DNA of 57,651 nucleotides, filler included, from Stramenopiles sp. TOSAG23-2 (Eukaryota), in assembly GCA_900128395.1 (NCBI GenBank). It is 3 parts of 3 records of this genome, joined end to end, with 100 filler letters (N's around TTAATTAATTAA, not from the genome) between each part and the next. Parts side by side here need not be neighbours in the genome. Positions count along the whole stretch, not along the records: positions 19,349 to 38,489 come from LT649589.1; 2 more parts are not named here. One strand, given 5' to 3'. The notes beneath the pieces were generated by a model. It saw only the letters and a list, made by a program, of their open reading frames with translations, made no database searches and was not told the origin of the DNA. Below are positions 22,212 to 33,605 of the stretch, piece after piece. Position numbers and translations under genes: made by a program. Positions within the stretch are counted from its first letter, which is position 1; every line of letters starts with the position of its first letter.

Positions 22212-23987
22212 ATGAACTACACAAGTGGTTCAGATAGAGAGGAAGTTATTTACAAGTACAACTCTTCAATATGTGTAGAAACGATGACGACAAAAATAAT
22301 ACATATGATACGCCATGGCGAATCAGAGGCCAATCAATTGATGAATGATTCCGCGCTTGCAATGGGATATGAAGATATGCAACATGGTATGGTGAAAATG
22401 AATAATACTGAACGGGCACAAATGATGGAGCCTTTGTTTAATAGAAAAGAAATTGATTATAACTTAACCGATATGGGATATAAGCAAGCTTGCTATGTAC
22501 AAACAGATACGGACATACAAAAAGATATTACCTTGATAATTTCATCTACACAAGAACGTGCTATACGGACAGCTGCTGTAGGTTTTGGTCATTTAATTAA
22601 GAGTGGTCAAGCACGTGGTGTTGCATTAGATTCTGCTAGAGAGTTTATAACTGGTGAACCAGGTGAATGCAGAACAAGTATTAGTAATAGGTTGAAGGAT
22701 CCAATGTTTCACGCTGGATGGGATTTTTCAAATTGTTCAGATGAAGATATAATGTGGAAAACTATGGAAAAAAATAATGAATTTGAAATGTCATGGAAAA
22801 ATGATAGTGGAGAAATGCAACCAATGTGGATGCAACCAAATTTGCGAAATTCAATAAGAAAAAGAGGTACGGAGGTATTAAATTTTATTTTTGATCAAAA
22901 TGATAAAGTTATTGCACTCTTTACTCATGCTGGATTTGCTAGCATGGGTATCATCCGCGGGCGGTTAAAGAATGATACTCAAGCAAATGAATTGTTTCGT
23001 GGTAATTTTAAAAATTGCGATAGGGTAACAATGAAAGTAACAAAAACAAATAATAATAAAGATCCAAAAGATAATTATAAATTTGAAATCATTGGTTTTC
23101 GTAAATGTTCCAAAGAATTAAATAAATTATATCCCACTAAAACAATACATTTAATTCGTCATGGGGAATCTGAACAAAATAAAATAATGTCTGACTATGC
23201 AGCAAAGCTTGGTATTGCAGATGCTGTTCATGCACCAATGACAAAATTTACAGATGAACAACGTTTTGAAATGATATCAATGTTACGTAATGGGAAGAAA
23301 ATTGATTACAATTTGAGTGAGAAAGGTTATAAACAAGCTGAATTAGTGCAATCGGATGTGGATATACAGAAAGGTTTAACATTAATAGTTGCATCTACAC
23401 AAGAAAGAGCTATTCGTACAGCTGCAATTGGGTTAGGGCATTTAATTAAAAGTGGACAAGCTCGTGCTGTTGCATTAGATTCTGCTAGGGAAGCTTTAAG
23501 TGATGAAACTGGAGAGCGTAGATCAAAAGTTAGTGATAGATTGAAAGATCCAATGTTTGAAACTGGATGGGATTTTTCAAATGTCACAGAAGATGATGAA
23601 TTATATATGTCAAATATGAAAAACAATACATTTGAATTAAAAATTAGTAATGGTAAGGTTATACCGCCATATGAAAACGAAAGGGTGCAAACAATGATAG
23701 AAAAACGTGGCACTGCAACACTGGATTTCATATTTAAACAAACAGATGATGTAGTTGCTCTTGTAACTCATGGAATGTTTACATTATTTGGTATTCTTCA
23801 CGGAAGACTTAGGAATAATAAAATAGATTTTCGTGCCAAAGAAAATTTTGCAAATTTTATGGCCAATTATAATAATTGTGATCGAAGAAGTTTAAAAGTA
23901 ACAAAAACAAATCATGGGTATGAAGTTGTTCTTACTGATCAACGCAAATGTCCACCAGTAAAAGCGAATAGGATTAGTAAATTGTAA
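22212..23987 (+). CDS. Histidine phosphatase (PGAM-like) protein with two tandem catalytic domains
   Basis: Two IRHGESE motifs, two STQERAIRTA motifs, second His in THAG and THGM; the halves are clearly paralogous. Confidence 0.85.
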   Translation: MNYTSGSDREEVIYKYNSSICVETMTTKIIHMIRHGESEANQLMNDSALAMGYEDMQHGMVKMNNTERAQMMEPLFNRKEIDYNLTDMGYKQACYVQTDTDIQKDITLIISSTQERAIRTAAVGFGHLIKSGQARGVALDSAREFITGEPGECRTSISNRLKDPMFHAGWDFSNCSDEDIMWKTMEKNNEFEMSWKNDSGEMQPMWMQPNLRNSIRKRGTEVLNFIFDQNDKVIALFTHAGFASMGIIRGRLKNDTQANELFRGNFKNCDRVTMKVTKTNNNKDPKDNYKFEIIGFRKCSKELNKLYPTKTIHLIRHGESEQNKIMSDYAAKLGIADAVHAPMTKFTDEQRFEMISMLRNGKKIDYNLSEKGYKQAELVQSDVDIQKGLTLIVASTQERAIRTAAIGLGHLIKSGQARAVALDSAREALSDETGERRSKVSDRLKDPMFETGWDFSNVTEDDELYMSNMKNNTFELKISNGKVIPPYENERVQTMIEKRGTATLDFIFKQTDDVVALVTHGMFTLFGILHGRLRNNKIDFRAKENFANFMANYNNCDRRSLKVTKTNHGYEVVLTDQRKCPPVKANRISKL

Positions 23988-24419
23988 AAACAAATAAAAT
24001 GGAGCTTAAAGTTTTTCATGTTTCCATTTTGCTCCGTGTACAAAGTTTGTGTGTATACATAGTGTGCATGTAAAAGCTGTTTTATACATACTGTGTAAAT
24101 TATGTGGTGATTTTCTTCTTCTCTTTTTATTTTATACAATACACGTATAATGTTCCTTCCTTAAAATTTCATTATCATAGGTGCATATTAATAGCACCAC
24201 CATACTGTACAGGTAATACCTGGTATACTACTGTAATAACGTGCTAATCATCGGTTCAGGGTTCAGCACGTAAAAATAATAATAGATATCTAGTAGAATA
24301 TAAATATATATTCAATAAAAGATATATGAGAATGTATTTATATATGTATTAGACATTTTATTTTATAATAGACAGAAAAAAGAAATTATCATAAATTACT
24401 CCTAATCATTTCAGAAATA

Positions 24420-27400
24420 ATGGCGGACGTGTATGAGGTACCATCCACTAATAACAACGATGATAATGTTGATGAATATGACTCAGAAACGATTGATGAA
24501 GAGATGTTAGATGAAATCATGTTGGATTTGCATGATAATGAAATAATACAAAATATATTGTCTCCAACTAATGACCTGGAAGGTCAAGTAAATGAAGCAG
24601 AAGAAGAAGTAGTATTAGAAAAGGAAGCACAGAAATTAACAACAGTTGATGTAAATGAAAACGAAAATATAAAAGAGGGTACGAATATTCAAGATATTAA
24701 TGTTCACGATAGTTCTATAAAATATAGTAATAAACAAGCACCAACGTCAACAACGAGAAATAATAATATTGAGGCACAATTATCAAATCAAACGTCAATA
24801 AAACCAAGTCCACAACGAACGCCGTTAAAACCCAATTTTGCAGCTTCTCCTATGGAACCTGAATGGATTGAATATTTTTCATCTTTGCAGCATCATTGCA
24901 ATCAAGATGGTGGTGGTGGTGGTGGTGATGATGATAATAGTAACAATAATAATTTAGATAATACAAATAATAATAATAATAAGAAAAATGAGCAAGTATA
25001 TAAAATGTATAGAAACCATTTAAAAGGAAATAAAAAATTTATTGATACTAATTTCCCATCGAATATTGCATCTATTACTGGTAGAAAAAATAATAATAAC
25101 GGCATTAAAAGTACAAGAAAACGTATGTCATGGTTTTCAGAACATATAAAAGAGGATCAAGTGCAATGGCTTCGGATTCCTGATATTGTAGAAAATGTAT
25201 CATATATTAGATTTACATGGCATCGTAACTTGAATAAACTTGATAGTAGTATATTCACTAATTTATTACATGCAACAACAGCTGATAATGCTATGCGTAT
25301 CTCTGGTATTTCTACTATGACGTTAAAAGAAGTTGAATATAAAAAGCAATGTTTTGCCATGGATGAATCATGGACATCTGTTCGTCATGCTTATATGGAT
25401 ACTGCAAAAGCAGCTGCATTGTCTGGAATGGTTGGACAAATTTCCGGCTGTTCAAAATTATTTGATAATGAGTTGAAAACCTGGTGTTTGGATAAACATG
25501 GAAACAATAAAAATACGAATGGTTACAATTTCTTTGACAATATAAAAAACAAAGCTTTTCCATGTAAATTTGAACGAGATATTACAGTAGCATATTTTTA
25601 TGCAGAGTATCCCATGAATCGTGAAAATCCCCAATTAAGCGGTGAATATGCAAATGGATTGCATGTACCATCGATTGATGATGAAGCTATTGTACATGTA
25701 ATATGTGCAGTACATTTTAATGCTGGGCCTAAATGTCTATTTGCAAAGGAATACGATAATAATAATATGGCTGAATTTTTTGAAAATGATCAATATAAAA
25801 ATGATTTTTTTGATAAAGAAAATCCATTTTTTGATGCATTGGGATGTTTAGTAACTGCAGGAACAGAAGCTACAAGGGAAAACAACCACGAAGACATTGA
25901 CGTAAACGATAAGACCCATCATCAGGGTAATAGTATTAAAACATATCATTCAATTTCAAAGCAATTATTTCCTAAAATATTTCAATACCAAGACAAGATG
26001 AAAGTAATGATAGATCAAGAATTAAACGATAACGGGATCTATCTTGTTGAGCTTTATTATAATAATGAAAAAAACGTTGTAATAATAGATGATCAAATAC
26101 CATGTGACAATTTTGGTATGCCATTATTTACAAAGCCATTAAAGCCACTGCAAGAAAGAAAATTAAAAAGTTATTTGAATCCATCATTGCCATGCCCGAC
26201 GGAGTATTGGCCATTGTTAATTGAGAAAGCATATGCAAAGCTACATGGGTCATATTACAATATGAGATTTAATGTAGAAACACAAAGTGAAATGGATTAT
26301 TTGCGATCTCAATCTTCATTATTAATAACTAATAATAATGTTGGTAACAAAAACAAAATGACACAATTATGTAAATCTTTAAACTCGTTAACTGGTGGCG
26401 TATCAACAACGTTTCAATGGAATTTAAAAACAGGACGAGGTTATCGAGATGGTATATTAGATTGGTTTATTCCCCCATCAAAAAGAAAAACAAATACCGA
26501 TGAATCGCCAAGGCGCAAAGCCGCAAGTTTAGACAGTACTACTCCAACTAAAAGATCTCCGACTAGAAGTAGAGCAGGAACTTTAGATAGCATCGTTGAA
26601 ACAAATGACGATAGTGATGATGCTATGGATAGTAGCATGAATGTTAGTGATTTAAATCTCGACGATAATAGCTTTTATAATGAAAGCATCGAAGATGAAC
26701 GGCATGAAGAAGCGGCGAAAACGTTATTCAGACGTCTGCGAACGATTGCGATTGGCGAAGAAAATAAAGATACTATATTTATTGTTAAAAAACGCAATGA
26801 TGACGAAGATGAGGATGTTGAAGAGTTAGATACTTATGATACAAATGTATATATTGCTACAAACATTTTAAATAAAGATCGTGACTCTTTAACATGGATA
26901 TTAGATGATCCAAGTACATTAAACAGACGTCAATCATTCGTGACAAAACTTAGTTCACCAATGACTACGTTAGTGCGTCCATGGAATTTAATAAAACCCG
27001 TAGATGATAAGCCTAAACAGGGTGATAAAAATATAGATGATCTCAATCAACCTATGCATATAAGCATGACTGAACTTTATAAAAATTTTCGTGCAATTAC
27101 TGTACATCATACTTGTAATAATAGATTGTTGTCAACTGCTTCTTCAAGTAAAAAAAATCCTTTTAAGTATCACTTAAATATTACAGGCAAATGGAATAAT
27201 GACGATAAAAGGCATACATCGATTAATAATCCACAATATCATATATTTACAAGTACTCCATGTAATAGTATTATATCTATTGAAACATTAAGTGATGTGG
27301 TCAAAGTGACAAAAGAAGACGACATGAAAAGAAAGATTACAAAAAGAAAGAAATTTTCATCATCACCACCTTCATCACCGAATGATAATGAAAAAGAAAG

Positions 27401-28925
27401 ATTCCAATTTTTACGTACACCTTCTTCAGTAGGCTTACTGCTAGAAAAACGTGTTTCTGATAATGCAAATGAAACCCTTGGTAAAAAACGTTTCCAAATA
27501 GGACTACCAAATAATCGCATTGAAAATGGATTAAGATTTAGTAAATATATTAATCAATCTTATTTATGTGTTTCATTGGAATGTACTTTACTAGATAATA
27601 ATGTTATACATGAAGATGATGAAGAAACATATTATAGTAGTGAAGATGATGATAAAGAAGATGTACCCTATGTATTAGTTCCTGTAGCGATGGCACAAAC
27701 AAATCAACATACTACTAAATGTAGTAATAAATATGTCATGTCAATTTACTCGTCTGAACCTTTGACTGTTAAAGAGCTGAGAAGTCCAAATTATGGTGGC
27801 TATAAATATTATTTAACAGTGAATGGTGTGGTTGGCAAAAAGATTGGTAAAAGTGGACGTTTGTTATCGCCATTGAAAATTAGCATGAAAAGTAGAAACA
27901 GCAGCAGCAACAATAATAATAATATTAGTAATATAGTAGATCCTGCTGAATATGGCGGTAGTTATCCAAAATATAAATCCTGGTGGTTGAATCCACAATA
28001 CATGTTTGAAGTGAGCAATGGTAATCATGATGCTAATGATGGAAGTAAAACGGAAGTATTAATCGCATTGCATAATAAAACAGACGTGACGCGTCGTGGA
28101 CGATCAAATTCCAATGCTATTCCAACATGGCCAAGTATTGGCTTTTTAATTGTAAAATGTGAAAATTCACATATTATACGTTTTTTACCTTCTAAAATAT
28201 ACGTAGATAGTGCAAAATGTGACCATGTTCCGACGATATTAAAAACTTTATTTTTAGAAAATGGAAAATATATTTTGATCCCATTTGGCAAAGATCCATC
28301 AATAGCATTTGAGTTTACATTGAACGTTTACTGTGATAATTCACTGTCTACAAAAAATTTAGTTTTGTTAAAAGATTGGGATTCGCATATATGTTGGAAA
28401 AGCAATTGGGTCAAATATTTCTGTGGTGGTTGTTGCAATAATAGGGGAACTTGGTTGCAGAATCCAACTGCAACATTTGAAATTTTCATGAAAGAAGATA
28501 TGGATGAGGACGATGAATCCGATGCGATAAATAATGAAGAAGAAGAGGAAAGTTCGTTTCATGAAATAAATAAAGTAGAAAAAACATGTACTGTCCAGAT
28601 TGAGATATTAGGGAAACATTTAAGTGAAACTCCGCATGGTTTTTTTCTCTATTCCGGTTTACCACCATACAATCCAAAGAAATACGATGGTGATGATCCA
28701 AAATTCATTGGTCAACCATGGATACAAAATCGATTTAGTGGTAAGCTAAAATCTGGTTCATATACAATTGTTGCACAAACATTTAAACCAAATATTCTTG
28801 GAAATTTTATTGTGCACATGTATAGCGATGATGGTGTTTTAATACCAGGTAGATGCATTGGTAGAAATGGTGGTGCAGGGGGTAAATGGATTGTCAATGA
28901 AAGGAAACATGATGTATGTATTTAA
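24420..28925 (+). CDS. Calpain-like protein (degenerate CysPc + several domain-III/C2L repeats), probably non-catalytic
   Basis: FIDTNFP, WLR, GIYLV...IIDDQIPC, WPLLIEKAYAKLHGSY, SLTGG; repeated NPQY/NP and YVLVP/YILIP domain-III motifs. No QGxxGDCW catalytic motif found. Confidence 0.8.
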   Translation: MADVYEVPSTNNNDDNVDEYDSETIDEEMLDEIMLDLHDNEIIQNILSPTNDLEGQVNEAEEEVVLEKEAQKLTTVDVNENENIKEGTNIQDINVHDSSIKYSNKQAPTSTTRNNNIEAQLSNQTSIKPSPQRTPLKPNFAASPMEPEWIEYFSSLQHHCNQDGGGGGGDDDNSNNNNLDNTNNNNNKKNEQVYKMYRNHLKGNKKFIDTNFPSNIASITGRKNNNNGIKSTRKRMSWFSEHIKEDQVQWLRIPDIVENVSYIRFTWHRNLNKLDSSIFTNLLHATTADNAMRISGISTMTLKEVEYKKQCFAMDESWTSVRHAYMDTAKAAALSGMVGQISGCSKLFDNELKTWCLDKHGNNKNTNGYNFFDNIKNKAFPCKFERDITVAYFYAEYPMNRENPQLSGEYANGLHVPSIDDEAIVHVICAVHFNAGPKCLFAKEYDNNNMAEFFENDQYKNDFFDKENPFFDALGCLVTAGTEATRENNHEDIDVNDKTHHQGNSIKTYHSISKQLFPKIFQYQDKMKVMIDQELNDNGIYLVELYYNNEKNVVIIDDQIPCDNFGMPLFTKPLKPLQERKLKSYLNPSLPCPTEYWPLLIEKAYAKLHGSYYNMRFNVETQSEMDYLRSQSSLLITNNNVGNKNKMTQLCKSLNSLTGGVSTTFQWNLKTGRGYRDGILDWFIPPSKRKTNTDESPRRKAASLDSTTPTKRSPTRSRAGTLDSIVETNDDSDDAMDSSMNVSDLNLDDNSFYNESIEDERHEEAAKTLFRRLRTIAIGEENKDTIFIVKKRNDDEDEDVEELDTYDTNVYIATNILNKDRDSLTWILDDPSTLNRRQSFVTKLSSPMTTLVRPWNLIKPVDDKPKQGDKNIDDLNQPMHISMTELYKNFRAITVHHTCNNRLLSTASSSKKNPFKYHLNITGKWNNDDKRHTSINNPQYHIFTSTPCNSIISIETLSDVVKVTKEDDMKRKITKRKKFSSSPPSSPNDNEKERFQFLRTPSSVGLLLEKRVSDNANETLGKKRFQIGLPNNRIENGLRFSKYINQSYLCVSLECTLLDNNVIHEDDEETYYSSEDDDKEDVPYVLVPVAMAQTNQHTTKCSNKYVMSIYSSEPLTVKELRSPNYGGYKYYLTVNGVVGKKIGKSGRLLSPLKISMKSRNSSSNNNNNISNIVDPAEYGGSYPKYKSWWLNPQYMFEVSNGNHDANDGSKTEVLIALHNKTDVTRRGRSNSNAIPTWPSIGFLIVKCENSHIIRFLPSKIYVDSAKCDHVPTILKTLFLENGKYILIPFGKDPSIAFEFTLNVYCDNSLSTKNLVLLKDWDSHICWKSNWVKYFCGGCCNNRGTWLQNPTATFEIFMKEDMDEDDESDAINNEEEEESSFHEINKVEKTCTVQIEILGKHLSETPHGFFLYSGLPPYNPKKYDGDDPKFIGQPWIQNRFSGKLKSGSYTIVAQTFKPNILGNFIVHMYSDDGVLIPGRCIGRNGGAGGKWIVNERKHDVCI

Positions 28926-29292
28926 AATAAAAATGTTTTTTTGTGTAATATACGTATATTTTTTTACGAATCGTAATGAAAATACTTAATTTTTTAAATA
29001 TTTTATAATTAAATATATATACGCGTATCATTAAATATAAAAAATAAAAAACAAAAAATATTATACGAGTATTTTTTGAGAAGAAGTAAAAATTATTTTT
29101 ATATAACTTTAGATTTTAACCACATCATTTTTATATTATAAAAATATAATCACACAAACACACTACTTCGTACGAACATTTTTTGTTTATATATTATAAG
29201 TGCTATAAAAACGATATTTATACGAAGTACATCTCTCTCTTTCTTGTTCTCCCCTCTTCTTTGTATATGTATATACCAAAAACATATAACTT

Positions 29293-29997
29293 TTAGCTTT
29301 TAGAATTGTCTTGATAACCTCCACCATTTGTTAAAGATACCCCATCACAATCGACCTCTTGTGTTGGAAAAGGTTGTTGTTGTGGCAATATCTCAACTAG
29401 GTAGCCATCAGGATCATAAATAAATGCCAATCCTTTCATTCCACCTGAATTTGGACTTTTTTTAATCTTTACTCCTAACTTCTTAAATCTCTCACACGCA
29501 GCATAAACATCTGGTAACGTTATGCCAAGGTGCCCAAAACCTCCAGTTACCGGCTGACCATCTTTTGTACCAGTTGCATCACCATTGCCAGTATTATAAA
29601 ATTTATCTCCATCTTCATTTTCACTTCCATGATTATGAGTTAATTCAATACAACCAGGAGTTTTCAAACAAAATGCAAATCTTTCTTTTTCATCCGTTGG
29701 TATAGTTGCTGGATCACAACAAGCGACAAAGTAAACACTGAATTTCCATTGAGGAAAGTGGCTATAGTGAATCAAATGCATACCGAGTGTATTGCAATAA
29801 AAATCCAACGAACGTTTTGGTTCTTTTATTCGTATCATAGTTTGTTGCATGCAAAATTCTTTTGTTGATTCATCTTTTGGAGTTGTCAAATATGACGATA
29901 CATTGAACATTTTATCCATTTTTGTGTTATATTTTCTTGTTGTCTGTAATATTGCGGTGTTATTGATTGTATTGTTCGTTTGGCCTAATATTCGCAT
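29293..29997 (-). CDS. GLO1: Lactoylglutathione lyase (glyoxalase I)
   Basis: MQQTMIRIKEPKRSLDFY, IELTHNHGSE, GFGHLGI, MKGLAFIYDPDGYLVEI. The true start may be the ATG at 29919 (MDKMF). Confidence 0.93.
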   Translation of the reverse strand: MRILGQTNNTINNTAILQTTRKYNTKMDKMFNVSSYLTTPKDESTKEFCMQQTMIRIKEPKRSLDFYCNTLGMHLIHYSHFPQWKFSVYFVACCDPATIPTDEKERFAFCLKTPGCIELTHNHGSENEDGDKFYNTGNGDATGTKDGQPVTGGFGHLGITLPDVYAACERFKKLGVKIKKSPNSGGMKGLAFIYDPDGYLVEILPQQQPFPTQEVDCDGVSLTNGGGYQDNSKS

Positions 29998-30447
29998 TTA
30001 TTCTATATTTATAAAAATATTATACAGGTACAGTATCTTTTTTTTATTATCGTTGTGGTGGTGGTGGTGCATTTTTCTTCAACAACAAACCAAACAATAG
30101 CAGTGGTGCAACACAAGTATATGCACCAAAAGAAGAGCAAGAAGAAAAATAAATTGATGCCTCCCTACTGGACTGTACTAGCTATTCATATAGCCTAATA
30201 TAAAAGTATACATTCATATATAAAAATCCTTAAATAGAGTCGCTTCGGTCGGTCGGTCCAACACTAAAATCTCCAGCCATTTAGGCAAAAAATCATTAAC
30301 TTTTTACTTTTATTATTCTAATTATATATATATTCCGAAACCAAGGTATATATGTATAATAAGTAATTGAGTAACATATCGATATAGATACATTGTATAT
30401 ACGCATAGGTCAGTCAGATAAAGAGTAAATAAAGAAGAAGAAAAAGG

Positions 30448-30972
30448 ATGGCTGCATCGGTACGGGTTGCGCAAGGGCTGGCTGCATCATCTCTTGGTAT
30501 TGCTGCATTTTTGACTTATACAAATCCAGTAAAAGGCTTCAATATTACTAGGTTTTTAAATTTATTTCAAGCTGGTCAATATCTAATGCCAGGTCTCATA
30601 CATACATTCAAAGAAGATGGTGGTATTTTATCCATTGGAGCAGGTCTTGGTTATACATTTAATGGGCCAGTCAAACGAGAAAACCACCGGCTTGTGCTGA
30701 TTGCTAGTAAATGGGGTTCTGCTAAATTATTATCAGCTTTTTTTCTATATTATTTAGAAATGCATAATAACGGCGAACATTCAACTATAGGAACGTTATT
30801 TGTTTTGATAGAAAATTTGATTCAATATGTGATTGTTGGTAGTATTCTAGGTAAAAAAATTGGAATGGGTAAATCGAAAGCTCCGGGACGATTTCGTGAT
30901 ATTAGTATGTTAGTATTTGGTGCTTTAATTCTATTTTTAAATAGAAAACGTGATGCAACACGTAGTAAATAG
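30448..30972 (+). CDS. Small multi-pass membrane protein, unknown function
   Basis: 174-aa ORF after an A-rich leader, with several hydrophobic segments. Confidence 0.6.
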   Translation: MAASVRVAQGLAASSLGIAAFLTYTNPVKGFNITRFLNLFQAGQYLMPGLIHTFKEDGGILSIGAGLGYTFNGPVKRENHRLVLIASKWGSAKLLSAFFLYYLEMHNNGEHSTIGTLFVLIENLIQYVIVGSILGKKIGMGKSKAPGRFRDISMLVFGALILFLNRKRDATRSK

Positions 30973-31211
30973 TTTGATGTCTGAAATATTAAAAAGAAGG
31001 CAATTAATTCAAGGTGGTGGTGATCCTGGGTGATGGTTCACTTTGAAAATTGTGAATGTGGAAGACTATGCTCATCGAAATGCTACAAAAAGCAAGAAAG
31101 GTTGTAAAAAAATGTGTACCCACGTGCCTAGATACATTCTTAACTTTTCAATATATGTATATATATATAATATATTAAAAAAAAAATGTACAATTTTTTA
31201 AAAACAATATC

Positions 31212-32342
31212 TTAAATTTCTTTTGCATTTACACGCGCAATTGCTTCTGTCACTTTCGCTCGAACTGCTCTTGCGGCTTCCCTTTGAAGCTGCGCATCAT
31301 CAAAAATAGGATAAATTTCTTTTTGATTTGTTAATGGACCTGCTGCACCAATATAAAGTGGAAACAATGATGCCGGTGATCCTATTACGGAACCTGATGG
31401 AAATTTATTAGGAAATTCATTTTCAGTTAATGCTGCTACATATCTCTTTGCGCAATCTTCTTTTGAATGAACAGCACGCATTAATCGAAACATCGAACCC
31501 ATTATAGGATTAGATGCTATTGCACGAAGAGGTTGTACACTATCTTTCATAGCATCTGTATCAAGAGAGCCACCTGGAGAAACTGTTGCAAAGTAAATAT
31601 TCTTTCTCTCTTTAGCGAGTTGTGACAACCATAGACCACCTATTGTTTTGGCGCTTCCATATACAGCATGCATAATCCTCACTGAAATACCCCATGTTCC
31701 TTGCATAGGTGGACTGTGCATGTAGGTTGCTAATTTGCCCTTTTCAATTACTGGCCATGCTTGAAATCCTGTCATTGCCCATACAGGACGTGCCATTTCA
31801 GAACCACTAAATACTATCCGAGTACCACCACTTAAAGATATTTTATTCTTTGAGAGTAGACCTTCCAGCAATGTAACGTGTCCAAGTGTATTCTTCGCAA
31901 AATCACGTGTAACTCCATCCTTTGTCATTTCCTTACCAATTCCAAGGCCACCAGCATTCATAATGAGAGCATCAATCTTGTCAGGGAGAATTGAAACAGC
32001 GTCCATCACACTAGCAGTATCTTCAAGATCCAATAATACATACGAAAATTTGGAAATAGGCTGCGCGGAAGCTGCAGATGCCAATTTTATAGCATTTTCT
32101 CCCTTTTCATTGCTTCTTACGGTTAGAATATATTTTGAAAAATGCTGTCCTTTAGCTAATTGAATAATAGTTTCTAAACCAATACCTTTGTTTGCACCAG
32201 TGATAACAACAGTTCCATCATTAGGGATATTGCTATCACAATTTTCTTTTGTATTTTCAGTACAAACTTTTTCTTGTTCATTTAATGAATTTACCACTAC
32301 TACGAGTAATATTATTACATTGATGTTGAATAATATTTTCAT
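31212..32342 (-). CDS. Short-chain dehydrogenase/reductase with N-terminal signal peptide
   Basis: VITGANKGIG, LDL, MNAG, catalytic YGSAK (YxxxK), VSPG. Confidence 0.85.
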   Translation of the reverse strand: MKILFNINVIILLVVVVNSLNEQEKVCTENTKENCDSNIPNDGTVVITGANKGIGLETIIQLAKGQHFSKYILTVRSNEKGENAIKLASAASAQPISKFSYVLLDLEDTASVMDAVSILPDKIDALIMNAGGLGIGKEMTKDGVTRDFAKNTLGHVTLLEGLLSKNKISLSGGTRIVFSGSEMARPVWAMTGFQAWPVIEKGKLATYMHSPPMQGTWGISVRIMHAVYGSAKTIGGLWLSQLAKERKNIYFATVSPGGSLDTDAMKDSVQPLRAIASNPIMGSMFRLMRAVHSKEDCAKRYVAALTENEFPNKFPSGSVIGSPASLFPLYIGAAGPLTNQKEIYPIFDDAQLQREAARAVRAKVTEAIARVNAKEI

Positions 32343-32615
32343 TTTATATATATATATATATATATTAGAGCATATATATTGTTTTATGTATGTCAGATTT
32401 ATTTTAGATTTTGTACTTTAATAATGTATAAATAAACAGAAGAGAGGATTTTCGTAGTCTATTTTATTTAAATATATATATTAATATTTGATATATATTG
32501 AGTATATCTGAGAAGACTCACCACAAAAAAAGGTCGAATCTTCGCATACAAAAACCTTATACATGTAGTTTTTCGTTTATAATGCTATTCCTATTCTATT
32601 GCGGGAAGCTGATGT

Positions 32616-32673
32616 GGAAGGCGGCTGGAAGGCCCAGAAGGCCAGAAGGCTGGAAGGCTGGACCTGGAAGGCC
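32616..32673 (+). repeat. Degenerate GC-rich array of GGAAGGC/AGAAGGC units
   Basis: GGAAGGCGGCTGGAAGGCCCAGAAGGCCAGAAGGCTGGAAGGCTGGACCTGGAAGGCC. Confidence 0.8.
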
Positions 32674-32684
32674 ACACTTAGTAA

Positions 32685-33056
32685 AAAAAAGGGGAAAGCT
32701 CAAATTATAAATATTTAGCCGTATCAGATGACGGAAAACAATGCGCATGTAATAATGAATTTAATACCAAGCCCAGGCGTTACAAACATGTTGGCGATGG
32801 ACAATGTCTATCCAACGGAAAACTTGTCGGGAAAAAACTCGATGCTGTTAAAAACACAGGGTTTGTTGAAATTGAAAAATGGGGGCGTGCTCGTAATCGT
32901 GCTCGTAATTGGGCTCGTAGAAAAAAAGAGCAGGAAACTAAAATTGTTCCTCTTGGAGATAAAGATCCATCAGAGAATTATTTTAAAAGGATTTTGCGAG
33001 AGTTAATAACGTCAGTCTTACCAAAGTTTTCGCCATATCAAACGAAAGCACGTTGA
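32685..33056 (+). pseudogene. ATG-less open frame (~123 codons); orphan exon or gene relic
   Basis: My translation reads AVSDDGKQCACNNEFNTKPRRYKHVGDGQCLSNGKLVGKKLDAVKNTGFVEIEKWGRARNRARNWARRKKEQETKIVPLGDKDPSENYFKRILRELITSVLPKFSPYQTKAR*. It has coding-like GC content and a possible acceptor TTTAG ending at 32718. Confidence 0.35.
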
Positions 33057-33605
33057 TAGAATTTTAAAATAATTAAGCAGTTGTCTTATTTTTTTTTTTG
33101 GTTGTAAATTAAAATATATTAATGCGAATACCAAATATGATATATATACACGAAATATAGTATTTTATCCGATATTTATCTGAGAGAGACAAGAGGACTA
33201 CCAAGGGACATATAAAATTTTATTATACTCTAATAAGTACAAAATACACATATTTTCCTATCAAACCTCTTGCATTATAATAATAATAATTCCTAAAAAT
33301 CAATAATACCTTAACCTGGTGTGCTGGTGGCGCGGTACGCGGTAATCATTTTTTTTTTTGGAAAGAAAATTATTTGTTTGTTGTTTTACATGTATGATAT
33401 ATATATCTAATTACACTAATACACAGGTACGAATATCGTATTTTTTTAATTTTCATTTATTATTTCGCCAGTAATACCAAGTAAAAGTATACTTTTATTT
33501 GGACTGATCTAATACATTGCCACTGATAATAACATCCATTATATACAGTATCAAGTTTAATTTGTATATGCTATATTTCATATTACTCATAATAATTGAA
33601 AAAGA

